DNA of 17,146 bases from assembly GCA_043745805.1 (NCBI GenBank), contig JAYTSD010000018.1, positions 1 through 17,146 on the forward strand, in the 5' to 3' direction. The number at the start of each line of letters is the position of its first letter. Position 1 is the first letter of the stretch. The notes under the pieces were generated by a model that saw nothing but the letters and a program-made list of their open reading frames with translations, searched no databases and was not told where the DNA came from. The position numbers and the translations under genes were made by a program. This document shows, piece by piece, positions 9,110-16,763 of the stretch. The DNA comes from Fibrobacteria bacterium (GTDB lineage: Bacteria; Fibrobacterota; Fibrobacteria; UBA11236).

Positions 9110-10258
9110 TTAAAAGGAAAATTTGATCTGGGTTTCCATTACATTGGAAGAATATTTCAAAGTATCGAAATAGCGGAAATACATTATATCCCAAGAACTG
9201 TTTTGCAGAAAGTCTAAATCTGGGTTTCCTTTAGCAAAACCACCCAAATAATATGACAAATTAGCTCCGGCATAATGCGCATCATGTGCTTGCAATTTAG
9301 GATCGCGAGAATAATAGCCATTTTTTCCAGGTGAGGAGACGAAATAGGCAGCAGTTTGGGTATAGTAGCGATACTCCGGACTAAAAATGACATGGTCCGT
9401 GATGTACTTATTGAAAATGAATTTGAAAGTATGTGATATTATTTCCCAGTCATCTTGGTAGTAGCGATAATGCCCGATTACGGATCCGTTTAAGTCGGAA
9501 AGAAAATGACTCATTTCCAGCCATCCCGCAGAGCGATAGCGCTCGGTAGGTGCATTACCAGTGACATAATCAACAATTACCGGATTTATTGCATTTGGCA
9601 TGGCTATTTTTTTATAAGGATCGCTTAGAAAACCCGAATCTAATCGTTCATCTACTCCCATGCGCATGAAAGTCGTTGGCGAAAGTAATTGCGTTAATCC
9701 AAAAGAGAGTTGAAACACTTCTTTATTATTTTCAAGCATTTGTTCATCAGAAATAATTTCTCCCACAATGTCCATATTATATTGGCCACGTAAGGACAAG
9801 GTTAAATTCTTTTCGAAAAGCTCTTGTGTCAAAGTAGCGATTCCCGATTGGCTTTGATAATCCTCTTCTTGGCTATTGTAATAATTAAGTGCGAAGCGTG
9901 TATTGTCTCCTAGGCCTTGTTCTAGGCCCACAATAAATTGTCCGCGATTTTTTTTATACTCCCCTGTGCCGATCACATTACGCTTGGGACGTGATGCCGA
10001 AGAAATAACATCCAGTGAAGCGCTGGTTAGTAAAGGTTGGCCCACTTGATCCAATTCAATGTCGAGCAAAAGCGTGGTATGTTTATAAAGGGATTTTGCT
10101 AAAGAAAAAGAGGTAGTAAAAATATTGACTTGGCTATTATCTGCAACATAGTACGTATTATAGGCTAATTGATCCGCATATAAACTTGCGTGCAGAGATA
10201 ATAAGAAGATTAGTAATACGGATAGCTTTTTTAAAAACTTAAGCCTTATTTGGAGCAA
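9110..10258 (-). CDS. DUF3570-family putative outer-membrane beta-barrel protein
   Basis: Signal peptide (..HASLYA) and family-style motifs DVISSAS, SQEEDYQS, GFLSDPY, YRYYQDDWEIISHT and YRYYTQTAAYF. C-terminal IKFSF beta-signal. Adjacent to DUF4266 and TlpA genes. Confidence 0.85.
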   Translation of the reverse strand: MLQIRLKFLKKLSVLLIFLLSLHASLYADQLAYNTYYVADNSQVNIFTTSFSLAKSLYKHTTLLLDIELDQVGQPLLTSASLDVISSASRPKRNVIGTGEYKKNRGQFIVGLEQGLGDNTRFALNYYNSQEEDYQSQSGIATLTQELFEKNLTLSLRGQYNMDIVGEIISDEQMLENNKEVFQLSFGLTQLLSPTTFMRMGVDERLDSGFLSDPYKKIAMPNAINPVIVDYVTGNAPTERYRSAGWLEMSHFLSDLNGSVIGHYRYYQDDWEIISHTFKFIFNKYITDHVIFSPEYRYYTQTAAYFVSSPGKNGYYSRDPKLQAHDAHYAGANLSYYLGGFAKGNPDLDFLQNSSWDIMYFRYFDTLKYSSNVMETQIKFSF

Positions 10259-10458
10259 CCGCAGCCCCCGCCAATTCCAGTTCCACCACCCATACTGCCT
10301 TCACGTGTTGAAAAGAGTTTATCTTCCAAGCTTTGTTTGGTTCCGTGTCCGCTAGCATCCATAATCGGGTCGGCAAGTTTTTCGCGTTCATAGGGCTTAA
10401 CCATGGCGCAACCCATAAGTAATATACAGGTAACGGTAACAAATAAGGCGTATTTCAT
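10246..10458 (-). CDS. DUF4266-family small lipoprotein with a C-terminal GGGCGC motif
   Basis: Lipobox LMGC, followed by VKPYEREKLADPIM...REGSMGGGTGIGGGCGC, the hallmark of DUF4266. ATGA coupling to the upstream TlpA gene. Confidence 0.9.
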   Translation of the reverse strand: MKYALFVTVTCILLMGCAMVKPYEREKLADPIMDASGHGTKQSLEDKLFSTREGSMGGGTGIGGGCGCSK

Positions 10459-10955
10459 TTTACTCCCACCTTTGGGCTTATTAAAAGAGACATCTTTTTT
10501 TCAAAGCTTTCTAAGGATTCTGAACTATACCCGTCTATTCTTTCACTTATTTTTCCTTGCGGATCGATGAGGATTAAAGTAGGCATACCTTTGATATCAA
10601 AAAATTCGGCTACCGATTTTTTTGCATCGTGCAAATAGACTAGATTAGCAGGCATTTTACTTAAAAAATCTTCGGCCTTTTTATTGTTTTCATCTACACT
10701 TAAGGCCAAAATATTTAATTGCGGGAAATGGTTTTTGATGCGGCCTAATTCCGGTAAAGATTTTTTACAGGGCGGACACCAGCTTGCCCAAAAATCTAAT
10801 AACACCCATTGCCCATTAAATCTTTGCAAACTCACGAACCCATTTTTTTGCAAAGTGGGAAGTTCAAAAGCAGGCACAGATTTATGCAAAGGAGCCTCGG
10901 CGCGCAAGGCCGAGACGCATAGTAACATTAAAGAGACGATACGGAAATGTTTCAC
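10455..10955 (-). CDS. Exported TlpA/ResA-family thiol-disulfide reductase
   Basis: Signal peptide, LLDFWASWCPPCK active site, ILALSVD, and cis-Pro loop GMPTLILIDPQG. GTG start. Confidence 0.92.
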   Translation of the reverse strand: MKHFRIVSLMLLCVSALRAEAPLHKSVPAFELPTLQKNGFVSLQRFNGQWVLLDFWASWCPPCKKSLPELGRIKNHFPQLNILALSVDENNKKAEDFLSKMPANLVYLHDAKKSVAEFFDIKGMPTLILIDPQGKISERIDGYSSESLESFEKKMSLLISPKVGVK

Positions 10956-10957
10956 AA

Positions 10958-13207
10958 TTACCGGGGTCGAGCTGAGTGGAAACCAGAGCGATTAGAATAT
11001 TGTACACCCATGTCCATCCATTCTACTAAGGCGAGCAGATCTTTATTTTTGGTATTAAATACGTTAATGTGCGAAGTGGTAGAATCTTTTTCCCATAGAG
11101 AAGAATGATCGAATGAGCTAAGACGGAAAGCATCTTTCGACCCATTCAATTGTTTATTATATAGAACCCAAGCTAAAGGACTTTGTCGGGCTCCATTTTG
11201 AGAAGCATATTCAATACTAGTTGCTTTAGCTGTTTTATAGCCACCACTCTTAGTTAAGCGTTCATAAACCGTAGACGTTCCTCTTTGATTATAAATGGCG
11301 GTGTCGATGGTTTCTTCCAAAAGCAAATTGCCACCCTCCGTTGCGGCTTTGGCCAAGCTATGACAGGTATTGCAACGCGCGTCTAAAATGGCTTGGAGTG
11401 AATTTGTAAATTTTTTAGTGGAATCTTTGGTATTGTAAAAATCTACGGTATCATTACGTAAGGCCGCATGCTCCGTAACTTTTTGCGCATTAGCAAAGCT
11501 GGATAAATATTTATCCACCGCTTCGGTGCTGGCGGCAATATTCACAACATGGCCCGCCTCATTAATTTTTAAATGGCTAATATCTTTATCTTTATCTCTA
11601 TCGCCATGACATCCGGTACACATACGTCTTTCACCTGGCATGACTTGAATCCATTGCAATTGATTAACAAGCATTAAGCCATTTTCATCCAAGGTTTGCA
11701 TATGCAAAGAGTGATTAGCCGGAACTTCTACCGAAAAAGATCCATCGGCACGAATATCTCCATAACCAATCACTCGTTGTTTTTCAAAATTCGTTTCCCC
11801 AATTTCACCGCCACGAATATTACCATTAACGGGCAACGGAATAGCTTCCAGAATGCGTAAATATTTCGCTTGGCCTTTGCTGCCATCCGAATTTATAAAA
11901 GTGCTATCGGGTTTTAATTGTCCATCTCCCACAGCCATGCGGCTATAGACACTGGCATCAAAAAACATCCCTGTACTGGCGCTGGACTGTAACCCATCTT
12001 TTACGGAAAGCTCGGATTCAAAATGTTTAGGCACCACGCGGCTTTGTACGACCACGGGATCATAATCATTCATATCCCCATTATCATAAATGCGTTTCAA
12101 ATTTTTTCCGTCTATGTCCATTACATATAAACCATAATTCACGACCGTGCCCCCATTGCGATCGCCCACGGGATGCGGAGACATTGCTACTAATAATTTT
12201 TCTACTCCATTGTCCAAAATAGGATAGGGAGTTTTAAATTCCATCGCGGCCACTTGATCTTGCATGGTATTGTTAAAAGGCGCATCAGATGGGGTAATAA
12301 TGGTGGGAGGTTGAGTCACCTTGGACGCATCAAATATGCAAATTGCACCGCCTTCTCCATGCGAAGTTCTTTCCATTAAGGAGGAAACAATTCCCCCATC
12401 CCTTAACTCGCGCGCTTCCAAGTAGGTGCGGCTGCCGCTATTAGTAGGTGCATCGGCTCCATAATAAACAAAAAGGCCAGTACCATCGGGGTTTAAGCTA
12501 AAGAGAGGGATTTTATTAGGATTGCCAAGATGATCCCATTTACTGAAAATAATCTTTCCGCTGGAATGCACCCAAGGATTAATATCATGACTTTGATTAA
12601 AAGAAATTTGCCGAATATTGATTAAAACGCCAGCGGATCCTCTTTCGCCTATAGTTAACAGGGGCGATACTCTTCTTTCATATTCATCGACAATTTGGGA
12701 ACGGGTAGAGGTAAAGACAAAATGATTATCGTCAATATAGGCAGGGTTCATATCATCGCCTTGTTCGGGACTCGTGAGTTCCACCAAATTAGTTCCATCT
12801 ACATTCATTTCAAATAAATGAAAATGTCCACTTCCTTGTTTACGCATGGCAAAGAGAATTTTTTTCCCATCAAAAGAAATTTCAGGATCAACCGCCGCAC
12901 CCCATTTGTTTTTATCGGTTTCGGAACCCCGCGTATATTGCTGAGTTAAATTAACCAAGACTCCAGTGGGAGAAATCGGGGACAATGAAACGAGATCCGT
13001 ACCCGGATAAAATTCGTCGACATGACTGGCCATAGCTATATTGCGATCATTCGCTGTGCTAGGCTCTTGCACAAAAACAATTTTACCTTGTTCACCCGAA
13101 ACGCGTAACATTTCATCCGCCGGATTAAGGCAAGAATTGAAGAAGAAGATAGCCGGACACAATAGGGCAATGGCGAAGCTTGCTGGAATAGTGTGATTGG
13201 TTTTCAT
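10958..13207 (-). CDS. HzsA-like (hydrazine synthase alpha-related) dihaem c lipoprotein with an N-terminal TolB/PD40-like beta-propeller
   Basis: The likely start is ATG 13207 (RBS AGGAGAGG) rather than 13252. Lipobox-like FFNSC. Propeller repeats DPEISFDGKKILFAM, HLFEMNVDGTNL and LFSLNPDGTG. HZS-alpha middle-domain style segment IRADGSFSVEVPA..LHMQTLDENG..WIQVMPGERRMCTGCH. Haem motifs CTGCH (11606..11620) and CNTCH (11360..11374). Confidence 0.8.
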   Translation of the reverse strand: MKTNHTIPASFAIALLCPAIFFFNSCLNPADEMLRVSGEQGKIVFVQEPSTANDRNIAMASHVDEFYPGTDLVSLSPISPTGVLVNLTQQYTRGSETDKNKWGAAVDPEISFDGKKILFAMRKQGSGHFHLFEMNVDGTNLVELTSPEQGDDMNPAYIDDNHFVFTSTRSQIVDEYERRVSPLLTIGERGSAGVLINIRQISFNQSHDINPWVHSSGKIIFSKWDHLGNPNKIPLFSLNPDGTGLFVYYGADAPTNSGSRTYLEARELRDGGIVSSLMERTSHGEGGAICIFDASKVTQPPTIITPSDAPFNNTMQDQVAAMEFKTPYPILDNGVEKLLVAMSPHPVGDRNGGTVVNYGLYVMDIDGKNLKRIYDNGDMNDYDPVVVQSRVVPKHFESELSVKDGLQSSASTGMFFDASVYSRMAVGDGQLKPDSTFINSDGSKGQAKYLRILEAIPLPVNGNIRGGEIGETNFEKQRVIGYGDIRADGSFSVEVPANHSLHMQTLDENGLMLVNQLQWIQVMPGERRMCTGCHGDRDKDKDISHLKINEAGHVVNIAASTEAVDKYLSSFANAQKVTEHAALRNDTVDFYNTKDSTKKFTNSLQAILDARCNTCHSLAKAATEGGNLLLEETIDTAIYNQRGTSTVYERLTKSGGYKTAKATSIEYASQNGARQSPLAWVLYNKQLNGSKDAFRLSSFDHSSLWEKDSTTSHINVFNTKNKDLLALVEWMDMGVQYSNRSGFHSARPR

Positions 13208-13232
13208 GACCTCTCCTGGTTTGAGTGAATGT

Positions 13233-13949
13233 TTAGTAGTAATACTGAACACCGATTAAGAAAATGAAGTTTTGTGTGATATAAGGTTTGGTTGTAATTT
13301 TTTGGGAATAAATATGATCACGCAACCCATAATTCAAAGCCCAGCAATCTTTTTTGCCTAAACCTGGCAATTTGGTGCGCTGCCCAAAACCTAATACGCC
13401 ACCAATATTAGATGATCCGCCTTGATAAAGCGCGGTAATACCACCGATGAAATAAGGAAAATGGCCGCCACTATACATTTCACCGGAATAGCCATCCCAG
13501 CTCATGCTATAACCGGCTAAGGCTTCGAGGGTAACCAATAGGTTATTATCAAAAATATCGGCTTTATGCACACTTTCCGAAAAACTACTTTGCAATCGTC
13601 CTATACCGGCCGTGCCTTCAAAAAAGAAAGCCGCGCGCGCCGGAAAATAATCCCATAAAAAACTGGCATAAGGATTAGCGCCTAATACTTCAGCATTATA
13701 AATCCCCAAGAATAGGCCATAACTATTAGAATAACTTTTTGCAATTTTTTCCGTGACGATATTGCGCTTAGCTTCGGGCATTGGGCGCGATTCCACCACT
13801 TCGGTTTTTTCGGGAAGTGGCACCGTATAGGCGGTATCCATATCTTTTTCTCTTTGCGGTGGCTTATTGGATTTTGCCGAGGCGCCTTTTTTAGGAGCTG
13901 CAAAAGCCATGACGGATAAGGTTAAGCAACCGATAATGATTTTATCCAA
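13233..13949 (-). CDS. Putative outer-membrane beta-barrel protein with a low-complexity N-terminal extension
   Basis: The likely start is TTG 13949, overlapping the upstream stop and giving signal peptide MDKIIIGCLTLSVMAFA. Amphipathic Gly/aromatic strands (PYFIGGIT, NIGGVLGFG, WALNYGLRDHIY) and C-terminal IGVQYYY beta-signal. The start position is uncertain (the ORF track gives 13976). Confidence 0.72.
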   Translation of the reverse strand: MDKIIIGCLTLSVMAFAAPKKGASAKSNKPPQREKDMDTAYTVPLPEKTEVVESRPMPEAKRNIVTEKIAKSYSNSYGLFLGIYNAEVLGANPYASFLWDYFPARAAFFFEGTAGIGRLQSSFSESVHKADIFDNNLLVTLEALAGYSMSWDGYSGEMYSGGHFPYFIGGITALYQGGSSNIGGVLGFGQRTKLPGLGKKDCWALNYGLRDHIYSQKITTKPYITQNFIFLIGVQYYY

Positions 13950-14463
13950 AAACAAAAATAACCCCCAAACTAGCACCTTGAAAAATCACGAGCTTATTCT
14001 GATCAAAATTATTTTTAAAGCGAGAAAATAATTGTTTACTTTCAAAGCGAATGCCGACTTTGGAATTGATATAATAACGCAATCCACCCCCAAAGTTTAA
14101 ACCAATAGTACTTATCGTTTGACTGCCTACGGCATTTTCAGGAACGGTAAAAAACAAGCCTGCACCCACAATACCATAAGGAACAATTTTTGGAGAGGAG
14201 GCGAGATTCACTACTAAATTAGCCGTGAGCGGATAAGTGGTTGCGGTGCGTCCGACAATCTCTTCGGCGGCCATTTCCAAAGCGAGCGAACTATAATTCA
14301 TCGCTGCACGTATTCCTAATGCGCCTCCACCACCCATGAATCCAGCATGAGGAGAAATTTCAAAATTAACAAAGGACGGTTTTTGTTCGAGTTCATTACC
14401 ATACGTTAGCGAGAGCATAAAAAATGAAATGAAAATGAAAGAAGGAAAGGATTTTTTTTTCAT
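13942..14463 (-). CDS. Small OmpA-like (probably 8-stranded) outer-membrane beta-barrel protein
   Basis: Signal peptide plus strands FEISPHAG, IVPYGIVGAG, GLNFGGGLRYY, GIRFESK and terminal LGVIFVFG. Confidence 0.8.
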   Translation of the reverse strand: MKKKSFPSFIFISFFMLSLTYGNELEQKPSFVNFEISPHAGFMGGGGALGIRAAMNYSSLALEMAAEEIVGRTATTYPLTANLVVNLASSPKIVPYGIVGAGLFFTVPENAVGSQTISTIGLNFGGGLRYYINSKVGIRFESKQLFSRFKNNFDQNKLVIFQGASLGVIFVFG

Positions 14464-14472
14464 GTGTTCTTA

Positions 14473-14491
14473 ATTATAGCCCCGCTGTCAA
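14473..14491 (-). promoter_or_regulatory. Candidate -10 box (TATAAT) 9 nt upstream of the first start codon of the envelope operon
   Basis: Minus strand TTGACA-GCGGGGC-TATAAT-TAAGAACAC-ATG. There is no Shine-Dalgarno sequence, and the TTGACA spacing is non-canonical (7 nt). Confidence 0.35.
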
Positions 14492-14686
14492 GCATAAGAA
14501 AGCGAAACGTCTGTGATTTCAAAAAAGATTATGCTCTCGCAAATTTCAAAAATCCTTGCAAGCTGAATGCACGCCTCGCTTTGTGGGGAATATTCGTAGA
14601 AAAGGGCGTAATTAAAAAAGAAACTCATCTGTTTAGTCCTATATCTAAAGACTATAATTTCAAAATTCATTTTCCGAAGGATATAT

Positions 14687-15178
14687 ATGAAAAAAATCAA
14701 ATCAATTTTAGCACTCGGAGTTACAGCAGGCTTGCTTTTACAGAGTCAAGGTTGCTATGGAAATTTTGCGCTGACGAAGAAGCTTTATAACTGGAATGGC
14801 ACAGTGGGTGATAAGTATATCAACTCGATTATTATGTTTGCCTTAGGTGCTGTTCAAGTCTATACGATTTGTGCTTTCGCAGATTGGGCGGTTTTTAATA
14901 CCCTTGAATTTTGGACCGGGAAAAACCCAGTCACCTTAAAAAATGGTGAAACAGAAACGCAAATTGTTTTTTGGCAAGGCGAGCGTTATGAAATTACGGC
15001 CACCACGAATCGCTTTGATATCAACCCTTTAAACGCAAAATCTATGCATAAGCCTGCGGTTTTAGAGTTTGACGGCCAGAGTAAAACGTGGTTTTCAAAA
15101 TCCGTTGACGATAAAAACTTTTTACGAATTTTGGACATATCCAAAACTGAAAATATAAGCTTAGTTAAAATTAATTAG
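14687..15178 (+). CDS. DUF3332-family lipoprotein
   Basis: Signal peptide ending in SQGC, then YGNFALTKKLYNWN..VGDKYIN..ADWAVFNTLEFWTGKNP, typical of DUF3332. RBS AAGGA, with TATAAT at 14653..14658. Confidence 0.85.
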   Translation: MKKIKSILALGVTAGLLLQSQGCYGNFALTKKLYNWNGTVGDKYINSIIMFALGAVQVYTICAFADWAVFNTLEFWTGKNPVTLKNGETETQIVFWQGERYEITATTNRFDINPLNAKSMHKPAVLEFDGQSKTWFSKSVDDKNFLRILDISKTENISLVKIN

Positions 15179-15184
15179 CAAGAT

Positions 15185-15226
15185 AAAAGGTCTTGGACTT
15201 TTATGTCGAAGACCTTTCAGTTTTTT
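15185..15226. terminator. Probable bidirectional intrinsic terminator between convergent genes
   Basis: AAAGGTCTT-G-GAC / GTC-G-AAGACCTTT stem (15186..15198 with 15205..15217, one mismatch), with an A-tract before and a T-tract after. Confidence 0.7.
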
Positions 15227-16763
15227 ATCGCCACTCTTCTAAAATTTGGCCTTGAGCATCACGAAAATCATTACTGATATTTTGCTGTCCATCTATTGAT
15301 TCCGAATGTGGCAAGCGGAAGTACCAGCCATTATTCCAGTAACGATTTAAACTTTGAGATTTTGCACTGTGAGCTGCATTTTGAATACTCAATACATTTT
15401 TATTGGCCTCTAATGGGGCTTTTACCACTACGCCGGGGGGAATGGCAAGGGTAACTTCAAGGTAACTATCGGCAGGAATGTTTCCATTAGAGGTGAAAGT
15501 CATTTCCACAGCGGATTGTGCGCCTGGTTTTACAATATAAGGAGCACTAACCACCGATTTCACTTGATAACCGGCATCACCCACTACTTTTAAACCGGCA
15601 ATGAGTACACCTTGATTCCCTGCAAAATGACTTAGATAAAGCGTACGACTTTTACTTTGGCCGGAAGGGACTATGCCGAAATTAAAGGACGCTTCGGTTG
15701 ATTTTAATTGGCCAGCGATTAAGGCCTCGCCTGTAGGAGGTAGAGAGTCTGCCATGAAGAAAACTTCGGTAGTTAAAAGTCCGCCACCACCATTGGAATT
15801 GGGGGAACCTGAGGCAATATAAAATCCTGTATTATTAATGAATCCACCGGTTACCTGTCTTCCAGTATTAAGTGGCGCTAGGGTTCGCCAAGTTTGGGTC
15901 AGCACATTAAAAGCATCGGTTTCGGTATATGCGGATTTGGTTCCATCATTAGGATTCCCACCGCCTGCATAAATTATTTCATTTCCGATGGTGGCTACAA
16001 TTAATCCACTGCGCGGATGCGGTAAATCGGCTTGTGGACTTGCTAAGGTTGACCATGTTCCAGCGGCAATATCATATACATCCATTTTTTCCAGATTGGT
16101 GAAAATGGGTGTTGCTGGACTAGCTGATTGACGACCACCCGTGGCATAAATTTTTCCATTCATGATAGCAGCTTGAAAATGATCGCGAGTGCGCGGTGCG
16201 TCGGGCAAGGCTTTCCATTCATTAGTGGTTGGATTAAATTCATCTAAATAAGTAACACCTGCGGCAGTATGTCCCATTTTATTACCTAAGACAGAATAAA
16301 ATTTATCATTATACTCCACTACACCAGCAGAGCCTCTTTGTCTTTCTTTGGGAATAGTCATTCCTTTTATCCATGAATCTGAAAGCGGATCGTAGATGTA
16401 AACATTGGGAGTTGGCAATTCTTTTGGGAAAGTTTTATTACTGTCATTAAAGGAGCTGACAGCATATATTAAACCTGCATAAGTTAAGGCTTGGAAATGA
16501 TTTAAAACTACGGGGGCAGCTTTTAATTTTTTCCAAGTATGAGTGGATGTTGTGAATTCTTGGACAGGCGGCATTCCATCGCCACCCATTAAATAAAACT
16601 TACCGCCGGCTTGCGCAAAGGCGCATTCTTGACATCCCGTAAGTGCATTTTGTGTGACCAAGGACCATTTTCCGGTTTGGGCAATAACGATGCTGTATGG
16701 GAGTATTCCAAGAATAAAGCCAACCAAAAGGTTACGTTTGCTTTTTTGAAGTTGTGAAACCAT
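15225..16763 (-). CDS. Secreted Kelch-repeat beta-propeller protein with an Ig-like (ASH/choice-of-anchor D style) domain and a short C-terminal tail
   Basis: Signal peptide (..SIVIA). About six Kelch blades (KFYLMGG, VYIYDPLSDSW, KIYATGG, DVYDIAAGTW, IIYAGGG, QTWRTLAPLNTGR). Ig-like segment FNFGIVPSGQSKSRTLYL..PYIVKPGAQSAVEMTF. RBS GGAG. Confidence 0.85.
   Translation of the reverse strand: MVSQLQKSKRNLLVGFILGILPYSIVIAQTGKWSLVTQNALTGCQECAFAQAGGKFYLMGGDGMPPVQEFTTSTHTWKKLKAAPVVLNHFQALTYAGLIYAVSSFNDSNKTFPKELPTPNVYIYDPLSDSWIKGMTIPKERQRGSAGVVEYNDKFYSVLGNKMGHTAAGVTYLDEFNPTTNEWKALPDAPRTRDHFQAAIMNGKIYATGGRQSASPATPIFTNLEKMDVYDIAAGTWSTLASPQADLPHPRSGLIVATIGNEIIYAGGGNPNDGTKSAYTETDAFNVLTQTWRTLAPLNTGRQVTGGFINNTGFYIASGSPNSNGGGGLLTTEVFFMADSLPPTGEALIAGQLKSTEASFNFGIVPSGQSKSRTLYLSHFAGNQGVLIAGLKVVGDAGYQVKSVVSAPYIVKPGAQSAVEMTFTSNGNIPADSYLEVTLAIPPGVVVKAPLEANKNVLSIQNAAHSAKSQSLNRYWNNGWYFRLPHSESIDGQQNISNDFRDAQGQILEEWR

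Noticed and set aside
10958-13252. Calling the gene hzsA or inferring anammox metabolism
   Set aside because: No hzsB/hzsC is adjacent, the Tyr ligand position is not conserved, and the gene context is unrelated.
10239-13903. ORFs 10239..10442, 10684..10995 and 13682..13903
   Set aside because: They are alternative-frame or antisense overlaps of the DUF4266, TlpA and barrel genes.
14708-14734. TTAGCACTC, a CIRCE half-site
   Set aside because: It lies inside a coding region with no GAGTGCTAA partner after 9 nt. No CIRCE was seen upstream of clpB either.
14464-14790. ORFs 14464..14790 (+) and 14488..14700 (-)
   Set aside because: They span the divergent promoter region, overlap the DUF3332 gene, and lack an RBS or motifs.
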